Shown: positions 38,884 through 48,444 of the stretch, piece after piece | How positions within the stretch are numbered: the stretch's first letter is position 1 | Layout of the letters: each line of letters begins with the position of its first letter | IMG/VR virus record: IMGVR_UViG_3300028832_000097 | Location: 32,001 to 96,000 of that record | Strand: one strand, 5' to 3' | Source of the DNA: a virus | Lineage: Duplodnaviria > Caudoviricetes | Length of the DNA: 64,000 nt | The notes under the pieces: model-generated | The model's database searches: none | Told to the model about the DNA's origin: nothing | The model's input: the letters and a program-made list of their open reading frames with translations, nothing else | Made by a program: the position numbers and the translations under genes

Positions 38884-39171
38884 TTATGTTATAATCTTAG
38901 GTTTTGTAACTTCTGGATGTACTAACTTTATTTTAGCTATCATCTTCTCAAGCATATCAATAGAATCCGCAGGATTATTAACAAGTACATCTACATCATC
39001 TGCAAGACCTATTACAAGATTATCTGGAAAACTAGCTTGTAGCGTCTGAAAGGTATATTGTACATTATCTGGCAACATGGTTTCCTTGAATCGAAATAGG
39101 ATCACATCATCATTGGCAACTTTGATTGTACTTATGGCCTGTTTTAATTCATCGTGGGTCATAGTTAACAC
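38884..39171 (-). CDS. Hypothetical protein
   Basis: GAGGAG RBS; ATCGTTA motif at 39187. Confidence 0.55.
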   Translation of the reverse strand: MLTMTHDELKQAISTIKVANDDVILFRFKETMLPDNVQYTFQTLQASFPDNLVIGLADDVDVLVNNPADSIDMLEKMIAKIKLVHPEVTKPKIIT

Positions 39172-39203
39172 CTCCTCGTCATCTATAACGATTCCATAGA
39201 TGT

Positions 39204-39233
39204 AAAATAGCTTGATACAAAAGTACCAAGCTG
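39204..39233 (-). terminator. Probable terminator
   Basis: AGCTTG/CAAGCT stem followed by ATTTT. Confidence 0.55.
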
Positions 39234-39279
39234 TGTAAGTATGTGATTTAGCAACACATTACCAACAACCAATTAGCTG

Positions 39280-39579
39280 TTAATCTTTACGATACAGCCC
39301 GTGTGTATGCTCCGGCAGGTAGTACACAATATCCTGATACATTGCTTGCCAATCAATGCTACTATACGCATTAGACAGTGCACGTCCAATAACAGTACGA
39401 AGTTCATAATCCGGAATGTTTTTCAACAATTTAGAAAATACGAATTCTCGAATTTCTTTATCAGTGTACTGCGGAATGTCCTTGGGTGCATCAGAATCTA
39501 CATACATACTAGGGTTGTTAGAAGAATCTGAAGATATGATTATACAACTATTAGGGTGTTTTGTAAATGTACGTTTCAT
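39280..39579 (-). CDS. Hypothetical protein with class B leader
   Basis: MKRTFTKHPNSCIIISS. Confidence 0.65.
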   Translation of the reverse strand: MKRTFTKHPNSCIIISSDSSNNPSMYVDSDAPKDIPQYTDKEIREFVFSKLLKNIPDYELRTVIGRALSNAYSSIDWQAMYQDIVYYLPEHTHGLYRKD

Positions 39580-39587
39580 AGCTCCTC

Positions 39588-39905
39588 TTAGTCCTCTATT
39601 CTAGTATAATCACCTGCTTGAATACCTTTAACTTGTCTTTCATAAGTACTCATAGCAACATGCACAGCTTCGTTAAGTTGTTTAGAAGCTTGTAAGAGTT
39701 GATGGGCTTTATCGGAATCTCCGGCATTATGTGCTTCTACGTAAGTATCCCATACAATATCAGAATCTGAATACTGTACAAAATTATATAATGTCATCTC
39801 AGCATCTTTTAGATTCTGCCAAATATCGTCCCAGGTCACTCCGTCAATACTAGAAGCTGCAATAACTTTTTGGTTTGCAGGTCGAGTAGTAAATTGTCGT
39901 TTCAT
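39588..39905 (-). CDS. Hypothetical protein with class B leader
   Basis: MKRQFTTRPANQKVIAAS. Confidence 0.7.
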   Translation of the reverse strand: MKRQFTTRPANQKVIAASSIDGVTWDDIWQNLKDAEMTLYNFVQYSDSDIVWDTYVEAHNAGDSDKAHQLLQASKQLNEAVHVAMSTYERQVKGIQAGDYTRIED

Positions 39906-39928
39906 TTTTTATGTCCTCCGGTTACAAG

Positions 39929-40378
39929 TTATCTAGATTGAAGTTCCTTCTTTGCAAGTGCCCTAACTCCACGATACTTACTAGCTTCTGCTTCGGTTTC
40001 TAATATTGAATATGGAGTATTAGGGTTTGTTATCACAGCTCGAACTATGAGTTCATTTGAATCTTTGTATTCGTCCCAAATATCAATAAGTATATCTGCA
40101 GGTGTATTTATATTTCCAGCAATACTTTCGTTTAATTTAAAAGAATCAAATTCAGTCTGCGTAGCTAAGTAAGTTAAAAATTCTGGATCCTTTGAATAAG
40201 CTGCAGAGTACAGAATTGCGTTGACAACAGCTGTACGAGGACCTGTAGTAGAATCCTGCAAGATGTACCCAAAACCTTGTTCCTCAAGTCTACGGATCAA
40301 TTCACTAGAAAATGTGGTAGGATTCAATATAGATGCTTCAATGTTGTTATTGGGATACGTAGTAAATGTTCGTTTCAT
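39929..40378 (-). CDS. LRV-repeat protein with class B leader
   Basis: MKRTFTTYPNNNIEAS; IAGNINTP and VITNPNTP repeats. Confidence 0.7.
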   Translation of the reverse strand: MKRTFTTYPNNNIEASILNPTTFSSELIRRLEEQGFGYILQDSTTGPRTAVVNAILYSAAYSKDPEFLTYLATQTEFDSFKLNESIAGNINTPADILIDIWDEYKDSNELIVRAVITNPNTPYSILETEAEASKYRGVRALAKKELQSR

Positions 40379-40381
40379 GTA

Positions 40382-40864
40382 TTATTCCTCGTCTTCATTC
40401 TCATCTTCGTCAGGTATTCTTATCTGTATTGACCAATTCCATACATATGATCCCGCAAGATCTTTAGACATTTTCCACTCTTCTGCAACATCTTCAACTT
40501 TTTGATTGTAATCGCTGTAACCGCCACATTCATCAAGAAATTCGAATATTTCAGGCTCAAGACTCGTATCGTATTCAAAGACCTGAAGATAATTAGTAAA
40601 TTTAGCAAAGTCGTTGAAGCATCCTAACCCAGTTAATTCTGCTTCATAGTCACGGGCCCATTCATCACCTCGAAGATCCTCTAAATCATGAAGTAGATCT
40701 TGATAATCGTCATAACTAAGATCTAGCTCACTTGCTAAATAGTATGCCCAATCATCTGCATCGTATTCGTTAAGAGACTTAGAATCAAATCCATATGGCT
40801 GTACATCTTCCTGCCAAGACGCCTTTACATAAGATGAGGGGAGTTTCGTGAATTGTTTTTTCAT
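40382..40864 (-). CDS. Acidic protein with class B leader
   Basis: MKKQFTKLPSSYVKAS. Confidence 0.7.
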   Translation of the reverse strand: MKKQFTKLPSSYVKASWQEDVQPYGFDSKSLNEYDADDWAYYLASELDLSYDDYQDLLHDLEDLRGDEWARDYEAELTGLGCFNDFAKFTNYLQVFEYDTSLEPEIFEFLDECGGYSDYNQKVEDVAEEWKMSKDLAGSYVWNWSIQIRIPDEDENEDEE

Positions 40865-41502
40865 ACTTCTTGCCTCTTCACAAAATAATTCAGTTGCTTA
40901 TTCCAATATCTTAACCATTCATCTAATGTACTCTGAACATCAGATGTCTGATTAGGATATGCAAATGTTATTGCATCTATGTATGATTGAATATAGCGAG
41001 TTATGATATCCAAACTCTCCTGAAATTCGTAAGACTGTACCTTGATATATTCGTTACACCATTCAGGTTCCGGTACTGCACCGCACTTTTCTACCAGTAG
41101 CTCACCCAAAGTATCAATCTCCTTGATAAGCTCCTCATACATCTCTTCTGAAAGTAGATGGAGCTTCATCATATCATTGCCCTTCGCCATCCAATGTAAA
41201 ATGTATAAGTTACGATACATTGTGATTCCGGACTTGAATGCTTGATCTAAGCTTTCACACGGATCAATAGGGCAATCTGCACATTTCTTAATATCAAAAC
41301 CTTCATCGTCTACAACTACAGCAAAGGTCTGTGGAGAAGTAGTTAAAGCATTACAAAATTCAGGGCTTTCAACTAAGCACTCTACATCGTCTAAAGTATC
41401 TGAAGGACTATAATTGGAATTTAGGCCTAATATGCTAACCTCATTTGAACATTCTATTTTATGAAGTTTGATTAGGAATTTATTAGAATATAATTTATCC
41501 AT
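40861..41502 (-). CDS. Dps/ferritin-like domain protein
   Basis: LHWMAKG..MMKLH..SEEMYEEL...IDTLGE matches the Dps ferroxidase motif. Confidence 0.7.
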   Translation of the reverse strand: MDKLYSNKFLIKLHKIECSNEVSILGLNSNYSPSDTLDDVECLVESPEFCNALTTSPQTFAVVVDDEGFDIKKCADCPIDPCESLDQAFKSGITMYRNLYILHWMAKGNDMMKLHLLSEEMYEELIKEIDTLGELLVEKCGAVPEPEWCNEYIKVQSYEFQESLDIITRYIQSYIDAITFAYPNQTSDVQSTLDEWLRYWNKQLNYFVKRQEV

Positions 41503-41556
41503 ATGTTGTGCCTCTCCTATTCATTGTATTTTTTAACACTGTATAAATGTATCTTT

Positions 41557-41796
41557 TTATTCAAACACCTCATATAATTCATATGCATCTTCTGTATGAT
41601 CAGTAACTTTAGCTTGTCGTATCCAGTCATAATATTTCTTAGGTAAGGTTATTCCATCGTATGTTCGTTTCTTCCACCCTGCACCATTAGTATAATTTAC
41701 TGTATACATATCATATCCCTGAGATTTATCTACAGAGTGTACTATGTAAGATACTTCATAAGGGATTGCTTCTGATGATCTAATGTATCTTTTCAT
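41557..41796 (-). CDS. Hypothetical protein with class A leader
   Basis: MKRYIRSS. Confidence 0.7.
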   Translation of the reverse strand: MKRYIRSSEAIPYEVSYIVHSVDKSQGYDMYTVNYTNGAGWKKRTYDGITLPKKYYDWIRQAKVTDHTEDAYELYEVFE

Positions 41797-41799
41797 AAA

Positions 41800-42246
41800 T
41801 TAATCTCCAAAATCAAAATTATCTAATACATGATTACCTGTCAAATTAGGAACATAATAATGTGAACTAGGTATTACATCATATCTTTGATTTGCAATAC
41901 TGAATTCCTCTGCAATCAGCTTTATTGCATTTTTATCTTCCGCAATTTCTTGACTACAGATTATTTCAAACACTTGTGACCTAATATCATAAACTACTCG
42001 ACCTCTTTCTATTGATCGGTACCCTTTTGGTATCATATCAATAGCTCCAGGTAACTGCTTTTTAATAATAGATTCCCATTCAGTTATATGATTTTTTGTT
42101 TTGCTGAATTGTAGATAACCTCGGTCATCAACAGCATCTTCAATAGGGCAATATTCACCAACAACAGTATTGTCATAAAACCACCAGATACCTACATTAC
42201 CCTCGTGTTGAGGCTTTTCTTCTACTGTTCTGATGTATCTTTTCAT
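41800..42246 (-). CDS. Hypothetical protein (GIWW...RGRV motif) with class A leader
   Basis: Start refined to MKRYIRTV at 42246. Confidence 0.7.
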   Translation of the reverse strand: MKRYIRTVEEKPQHEGNVGIWWFYDNTVVGEYCPIEDAVDDRGYLQFSKTKNHITEWESIIKKQLPGAIDMIPKGYRSIERGRVVYDIRSQVFEIICSQEIAEDKNAIKLIAEEFSIANQRYDVIPSSHYYVPNLTGNHVLDNFDFGD

Positions 42247-42254
42247 GCTGACCC

Positions 42255-42485
42255 TCACAAAGTGACTAATTGAGAACCGTCTCCGAAACTTTCGTAAGTC
42301 TCTTCAGCAGTCCCATCTTTCCAGTAGTAGTTGATACGCACACGATCATTTGATTGAAGTGTTTCTGTTTTGATATAATCACTGGACGCATCTAGGGTGA
42401 TTACGACATCCTCGCCGTCTTGATTAGTACCTGTAACTACTGAGTTTCCGTTAAGTAAGTCTAATAAATACTCATAAGTTATCAT
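42255..42485 (-). CDS. Hypothetical protein
   Basis: GAGG RBS; AACCTT motif at 42517-42522. Confidence 0.55.
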   Translation of the reverse strand: MITYEYLLDLLNGNSVVTGTNQDGEDVVITLDASSDYIKTETLQSNDRVRINYYWKDGTAEETYESFGDGSQLVTL

Positions 42486-42502
42486 AGTAAACCCTCATGT
42501 AT

Positions 42503-42871
42503 CTATAAACATATGTAAGGTTGGCTTCCGTGAGGTCTAACACCAAAAATATCCTTATGCCAATCAGAGTAATAGTCCCAAGTATGTGGGTCAATCTCTC
42601 CGTAAGATTTTCCAGAAATATGCTCGTTGACCCATGCGTTAAACTTATCAATATTCTCGTTGTAGTATTCCTCATCAGAAATAGCAGTGAGATTAGAGTA
42701 TGTTGCATAAGCTGCATCCCATATGTTATACTCATCAATGTACCCATTGCAGTCTAACACTGCGGTAACTTTCTGCATGAGAACCTTGCGATCCTGACAA
42801 GACATCTTCATGATATCCTCATAGCTAACTGTGTACTCTTTAATGAGCTGATCTAATATGATGTTATTCAT
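42503..42871 (-). CDS. Hypothetical protein
   Basis: GAGGAGG RBS; YSDWHKDIFGVRP motif; TATAAT at 42911-42916. Confidence 0.6.
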   Translation of the reverse strand: MNNIILDQLIKEYTVSYEDIMKMSCQDRKVLMQKVTAVLDCNGYIDEYNIWDAAYATYSNLTAISDEEYYNENIDKFNAWVNEHISGKSYGEIDPHTWDYYSDWHKDIFGVRPHGSQPYICL

Positions 42872-42997
42872 AGTAACAACCTCCTCTTGGAACATTGATG
42901 TATATTGTTAATTATAGACGGATGGTCCAGGAATTAAAAGAGAGAATTTTGGAAAATAATAAAATTCAAATAATTCCTGTCGAAAGATTGGTCTATT

Positions 42998-44908
42998 TTA
43001 TTTTGTTACATGAATCACATATTCGTTGTTCACGCCTAAATGACTTTTGTTTTGAATAGTTTCAACAACGTATTTTTCCCAACCCGGATCAACTACCTTA
43101 CAAACCATAGTAGCATCTACGAAGTTAGGCGCATTTTTCATTGCGATTTCAAGCCATTGACATTGTGTTAAGGATTGTGCAGATTCGTCAAATCCTTCGA
43201 AATTGTAATCTTCAAAACACCTACCAGTATTTGGATCAGAATATGGTGGGCAAATAAATATAGAACATGATTTGTCTGTTTTGAATTCACGACCGTCACA
43301 CCATTCAATATGTGTTTTACCTACTTCATCATACCATTGTACCAGGTCTTTATTGTAGTCACAAGCAATATATTCTCTGTTGAGTTCTTTACAAGCATCG
43401 GCTCTAGCGCCCCAACCTGCAGCTAGGTCGTATATGTTGTCACTGCTACAGTAGTTTGTTATGAGTGATTTTGCACGCTCTTTGCTAAACCATGAAGGCT
43501 GTTTACATGTTCGTGTTACATTCATCGCAGTTAGTATTTGTTTGCTATCTATGAACCCACCAGAATAGTTAATACGATTGAGTATCATTTTCCAACGAAT
43601 TTCAGGATCATAAAACGCTTCATGTGAACTTAATTTTCCATCTACTCTTACATCGTAGAAGCATTTTGGGCGATCTTTAGCATACGGAAACTTTGGACTT
43701 TCTTTGAATAATTCAAAATCTACGCCTATTAAAGGATTAGGGCATTTATCTGAATATTTTAACCCATTGGATTCACTACTATTCGGCTGACCAAATATCG
43801 AATTCACCTTATCAGTTTTATCTGTGATAACAATGACATGATTCTGCCTATATACATCTAATTTTGCAGATATTGGTACTGTCTGTGCATAATCATACAC
43901 TCCATCTAATAAATGTGGACCTTTGACTTCAAGTAGTATATTATCTACTTTGAAATCAATAAGTGTAATGTGTTGTTTACCTGCATATTCAAATGTTAAG
44001 GGCACTTGTGTCTCAATATTGTCGTAGCCTAGATTCAACAAGAAATTATAGAACTGTAATTCGTAATTACTATCAAACCGCTTACCGTCCTTTGCAATAT
44101 TATTTTCTTTATTCAACATCATTCTCTTATGAATCTCTGGAGATTGTGACACATACTCTACCCCAAATTTCTCTCTGTTAGTGTCCTTAGATTTCTGCTT
44201 GACTTCATCTAATTGAAATACATTATCTACACCCTTGTTTTTGAGTGTTTCCGCCCGCTTGTTTTTAACTACTTCAGAAGATAAAAAATGTCTAGTCCCA
44301 TAGTTTTCTAATGAAGTTGCCTTAACTCTTTGTTTATACTCGTCTGTTTGCGTGTACCAATCAACTCCATGCTTCTTTCGATTAGTTTCCTTGATTTTTT
44401 CTACAGAACTATGAAGTTGCATAGGATTATCAACCCCGTGTTTTGATTGCATAGTGTTCCGAAGTGTAGATACCATAGCTTCAATATCCTTATTTTCAGA
44501 AGCTAACTTATACCTACATGTCTTACTACAAGTTTTAACACTAGAATCTCGCCTTACATCTATTTCAAATTGATTACCGCACACTGCGCAAGTTTGATAA
44601 TGCGGATTCTTGCAATAAACATCTCTAACAGAGGATGGCTCAAATTCTTCACCACACCACTTACATATCTTTTTAGAAAGTTTTGCAGAAGTCTCACGCT
44701 TGGATTTTATAAACGCAACTTGGCATTTTTCACTACAAGTTTGCTTTGTATCGGAAGTAGTACAATGTGTTTCAAATTCATTTCCGCAATAAGCACATTT
44801 CCGCAAAATGATAGAATTACAACACTTCTGTCTAGTGGAATTTGGATGGAATCGCTTACCGCACAATATACATGTATACAGCAAATCTGGATCAACTATC
44901 TTTCCCAT
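42998..44908 (-). CDS. Zn-finger repeat / PD-(D/E)xK nuclease / SAM-dependent DNA methyltransferase fusion
   Basis: Four CxxCG..F repeats; (H/Y/F)GVD-type repeats; FDS..E...IDF......LEVKG; IYDLAAGWGAR (motif I) and FICPPY (motif IV). Confidence 0.7.
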   Translation of the reverse strand: MGKIVDPDLLYTCILCGKRFHPNSTRQKCCNSIILRKCAYCGNEFETHCTTSDTKQTCSEKCQVAFIKSKRETSAKLSKKICKWCGEEFEPSSVRDVYCKNPHYQTCAVCGNQFEIDVRRDSSVKTCSKTCRYKLASENKDIEAMVSTLRNTMQSKHGVDNPMQLHSSVEKIKETNRKKHGVDWYTQTDEYKQRVKATSLENYGTRHFLSSEVVKNKRAETLKNKGVDNVFQLDEVKQKSKDTNREKFGVEYVSQSPEIHKRMMLNKENNIAKDGKRFDSNYELQFYNFLLNLGYDNIETQVPLTFEYAGKQHITLIDFKVDNILLEVKGPHLLDGVYDYAQTVPISAKLDVYRQNHVIVITDKTDKVNSIFGQPNSSESNGLKYSDKCPNPLIGVDFELFKESPKFPYAKDRPKCFYDVRVDGKLSSHEAFYDPEIRWKMILNRINYSGGFIDSKQILTAMNVTRTCKQPSWFSKERAKSLITNYCSSDNIYDLAAGWGARADACKELNREYIACDYNKDLVQWYDEVGKTHIEWCDGREFKTDKSCSIFICPPYSDPNTGRCFEDYNFEGFDESAQSLTQCQWLEIAMKNAPNFVDATMVCKVVDPGWEKYVVETIQNKSHLGVNNEYVIHVTK

Positions 44909-44997
44909 AATGCAAGGACCTCCTGTTATATGTATAATAACGATTTTATAGAAGGTTTTGAATAGAGGTGATATTCAGCGGTACTCTGTTTTATTAC

Positions 44998-45032
44998 AAA
45001 AAAAAATAGGTCCCATCTTTCGACAGGACCTA
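44998..45032 (-). terminator. Terminator after the major capsid gene
   Basis: TAGGTCC/GGACCTA stem plus T run. Confidence 0.8.
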
Positions 45033-45097
45033 CTTTGAATTTCAGATTCTATATAATAAACGAGGGTGAGAAAAGTTTAACTTAGAATCTTTCCTTA

Positions 45098-46570
45098 TCA
45101 GAATACGCCGAGGATCTTACCGCTGACGATTGTATCAGGGTTGACAATCTTTGTGCCGTACATCGTACAATATCCTTGTTGTACAGAGCTATTAGCAAGA
45201 CCAATTGCATCCGTATTTGTCAGAGGCATATATTCTCCGAAGAGAGCACTGTTTCTTCTGATGTCTGCGGACTTGCAGCACATTACCCAAGTATCAGGCT
45301 GATAGTTAGGATCAACGATGATATCGAAGTTGTCAAGTCTACCGGACTTGTAAGGACCAACGTTCTCAGAAGCGCCTTCTGCTACGAAACCGTTCACCAT
45401 ACCAAGGTATGTGTTAACGTTTGTACCAACGATGAGCTTGTTAGGCTGAGCAAGTCTTGTTGATTGATAGATAGAAGCAGCTGCCTGGTTCAGCTTAAGC
45501 TTGAACATGTTGAGGTAATCAGAAGGTACTACAGAACCTGAAAGTACAGGAGAAGCATCGAAGTTGAACTGAGGCTTCAATGTAGCAGCATCTGCGAGTT
45601 CCTTGAAGCAAGCAGAGTTGATCTCAGCTGTGAGCTCTGAGAAAGCAGCTTCCTTAGCGATGTCGCCGATGTTTGCACCGTATTCCTGCTGAGCAGCAAA
45701 TGCGGAGAAGACAGACCAATAGCAAGCAAGCTGATGAGCTTCTGCTACCATGTTGATCTCATCAAGCTGGAGGTAGCCCTTACCCATCTGTGCGCCATAC
45801 TCATAACCGTAACCACCGTTACCAGGTACACGAGGACCAACGTTCTCGTTGTCGTACTGATATGTACCGGATACTACGTTACCAGCAGCAGCGGCGATAA
45901 CACCAGAAGAGAAGCTAATAGCGCCTGTTGAATAATTGATGTAACCTACAGGTGTTGTAGAACCGCTCTGGCAAAGATTTCCGTTACCGTCATCAACGAA
46001 GAGTGTTGTTGCACCAGATGCTGTGTACTTGATTGTAACAGAATTAGGAAGTACAGGAGTATAAACGAGAACCTGTGAGTCTGTGATAGCTGTACCCTCA
46101 GACATGATTTCGTTCTTTACAACCCTACCTGTGAAGTTAGGATCAATACCCTGTCTGTTTGCGAAAGGACTAGAGAATACATCTCCTGCCTTTGTTTCGC
46201 CCTTTGTATTCTCAGCGATGAACTTGAAGTAAGGAATGAGCTGCTGACGAGACTTCATTGCAACTGAACCAAATACGTCAAGAACGAGGAGCTTCTGTAC
46301 GAAGAGAGGAAGCAGCTCAAGGAAATCAGGACGAGCCATGATGTTTGTTGTGTTAGTAGCAGCTGTAACGGGCTGGAGCTGTCTAGCGTTAGCCTTTAAC
46401 TGCATAGCAAACTTTCTCTGCTCGGGAGAAAGGCTTGCCATAATAGAAGATGAAGGTGTTGTAACCTTGCGAGGAGCTGCAGCAGAAGTAACACTTCTAG
46501 AAGCCATGATAGGTCTTCTTGCATAGCTAGCAGGAGCAGCAGCTCTACGTGTAACTTTAGTAATAGCCAT
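45098..46570 (-). CDS. Major capsid protein (T4 gp23-like)
   Basis: ELTAEIN, YMPL and G..TMYG motifs; directly downstream of the prohead protease and followed by a terminator. Confidence 0.85.
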   Translation of the reverse strand: MAITKVTRRAAAPASYARRPIMASRSVTSAAAPRKVTTPSSSIMASLSPEQRKFAMQLKANARQLQPVTAATNTTNIMARPDFLELLPLFVQKLLVLDVFGSVAMKSRQQLIPYFKFIAENTKGETKAGDVFSSPFANRQGIDPNFTGRVVKNEIMSEGTAITDSQVLVYTPVLPNSVTIKYTASGATTLFVDDGNGNLCQSGSTTPVGYINYSTGAISFSSGVIAAAAGNVVSGTYQYDNENVGPRVPGNGGYGYEYGAQMGKGYLQLDEINMVAEAHQLACYWSVFSAFAAQQEYGANIGDIAKEAAFSELTAEINSACFKELADAATLKPQFNFDASPVLSGSVVPSDYLNMFKLKLNQAAASIYQSTRLAQPNKLIVGTNVNTYLGMVNGFVAEGASENVGPYKSGRLDNFDIIVDPNYQPDTWVMCCKSADIRRNSALFGEYMPLTNTDAIGLANSSVQQGYCTMYGTKIVNPDTIVSGKILGVF

Positions 46571-46595
46571 GTTGATTCTCCTTTAAAGAATTATA

Positions 46596-48080
46596 TTATA
46601 GTGTAACAAGTCCGTCGTCTGTATCACCTAATGAGGAAATCTCCTGCATAGCAGTTTCTTCAATAGCTGTTGTCGACTTAATCATCTGCTTCAATTGCGA
46701 AACAGAAGTCGAACCTGTTACAGCGACGTTGTTTAGAGATACTCCAACTGCGCTTGCGTAGAGATTAGCATAAGCATCTTGGTACTCCGCAATGATCTTA
46801 TGTGCAGACTCTAATTCAGATCTAAGGTGTGAAAGCTCTGCATCTCGGTTTGATGAGGCAGTTTGGATACTACGTGCAGCAGTGACAGTTTCATTGAGCT
46901 TCGTTTCCAGATCTGCAATGTTATCTTCCTTAGCCTGAATGGCTTGCGTAGAGGATTGGATCTTCTGTTTATATTTAAGGTTATCAGCCTTTAATATATC
47001 GATTTCTTTCTGCAACGCTTCTATTTTATTAGCATATTTTGAAGATTGCGTGTCCATTGTAGCTTGTATATCTTGAGATGCTGTAATAGATCTCTTCAAC
47101 TCTTGATTATTCTTAGCGATTTGAGATTCTAAAACAGAAACTTTATCACGGAGTTTTGTAGATGCTTGAATTGCTTTAGCCCGGTCACTAGAAATAGATG
47201 CTAACTGCATGTCCATATCATGTAACTGTGCGGACATTATCCTTTCCATTGTCTTCTGTTTACGCTTATGAGCCTTAGATTCATCGGCAAGTGACTTCTT
47301 AAGAGATGCAATAACTACATCTTTTTCTTTACATGCTTGCGAAGCTTCTACATAAAGTTCTGTAAGTGCTTCAATCTTATTACCTTCGACATCAACTACA
47401 TCTTCTAGTTCTTCAGAAGTAATTGCTGCCTTCTTTGCTTCAAGTTTTCTAAATGTATCAGACTGCCTAGCAAAACATGACTGAATAACTTCAATGGACT
47501 CCTTTGTATTAAGACCATCTATGTTATTATCAACTGCTGCACAAATCTTCTTATATTTCTGCCTACTTTCGGTATCAGTAGCTGCAGCAATTTCAGTAAA
47601 TGTTGGAATTGATTCAGGGAATGCAGGGAATGTTACAATATCAAACCCGCGGAATACAAATGTTTCAGGATCAACGGAATTACCTACAATATCTCCTGCA
47701 CCTCTAACAGAGATTCCAAATGTTACTCCTGCATCAATGAATGTTTTTACTATTCTACCAACAGGAGTGTCAACAAGGTCAAATTTTCCATATATTTTAC
47801 CACTATCATCAATATGACCTTCAGTCATAACGATACAAGCATCTTGGAAGTTCATACAATTAGGATCTTCCGGATGTCCGAGATAGCCAATATACCATTT
47901 TTTCTCAATTGCCTCTTTGTAATCATCCGATTTAAATACGTTCTCCCATACCTCACGAGTAATGTCTAATCCATTTTTATTCGTGATGTTTGCATCAGCG
48001 CATTCGCCTTCAAATGTCCCTAAGATTGCTTTGTCCTTTACATCTGCAACAATTGGAGATTTAACTGCCATATTACTCAC
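46596..48080 (-). CDS. Prohead protease (T4 gp21-like) fused to coiled-coil scaffold
   Basis: N.NG, GYLGHP, TPVG, GISVRGAG and FDIV..PAF motifs; C-terminal coiled coil. Confidence 0.88.
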   Translation of the reverse strand: MSNMAVKSPIVADVKDKAILGTFEGECADANITNKNGLDITREVWENVFKSDDYKEAIEKKWYIGYLGHPEDPNCMNFQDACIVMTEGHIDDSGKIYGKFDLVDTPVGRIVKTFIDAGVTFGISVRGAGDIVGNSVDPETFVFRGFDIVTFPAFPESIPTFTEIAAATDTESRQKYKKICAAVDNNIDGLNTKESIEVIQSCFARQSDTFRKLEAKKAAITSEELEDVVDVEGNKIEALTELYVEASQACKEKDVVIASLKKSLADESKAHKRKQKTMERIMSAQLHDMDMQLASISSDRAKAIQASTKLRDKVSVLESQIAKNNQELKRSITASQDIQATMDTQSSKYANKIEALQKEIDILKADNLKYKQKIQSSTQAIQAKEDNIADLETKLNETVTAARSIQTASSNRDAELSHLRSELESAHKIIAEYQDAYANLYASAVGVSLNNVAVTGSTSVSQLKQMIKSTTAIEETAMQEISSLGDTDDGLVTL

Positions 48081-48084
48081 CTCT

Positions 48085-48429
48085 TTATTTTAGTAGTTTA
48101 CTTGATAGTCTAATCATACCACCAAGTAATAATGTTTTGATTGCTTCTTTAATTATACCAGATTCAATGTATTCATCACCGGATGCATCTTCAGAATCTT
48201 CAACTAAATCTTCATATACTTCGTCGTTGATATCTGCAATAGTATTAAGTGCAGTTTCATCTACAACTACTTCTGCCTGTGCAGTCTTCAATATATAATA
48301 TGAATCATCTACTTGTAGCTGTATATTGCCATCAAGTGTTTCTGAAATTGCGAGAGAATGCTCGTCAAATTCTGGTATCTGCGAAAGAAGTTCAAGTAAT
48401 GCAGATGATGTGAAAACTAGTTCTTCCAT
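48085..48429 (-). CDS. Acidic hypothetical protein in head operon
   Basis: GGAGG RBS. Confidence 0.55.
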   Translation of the reverse strand: MEELVFTSSALLELLSQIPEFDEHSLAISETLDGNIQLQVDDSYYILKTAQAEVVVDETALNTIADINDEVYEDLVEDSEDASGDEYIESGIIKEAIKTLLLGGMIRLSSKLLK

Positions 48430-48444
48430 ATCAATAATGCCTCC

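Noticed and set aside
42911-42940. Host sigma-A promoter upstream of 42871
   Set aside because: Perfect TATAAT but the -35 matches only 3 of 6; not enough to call.
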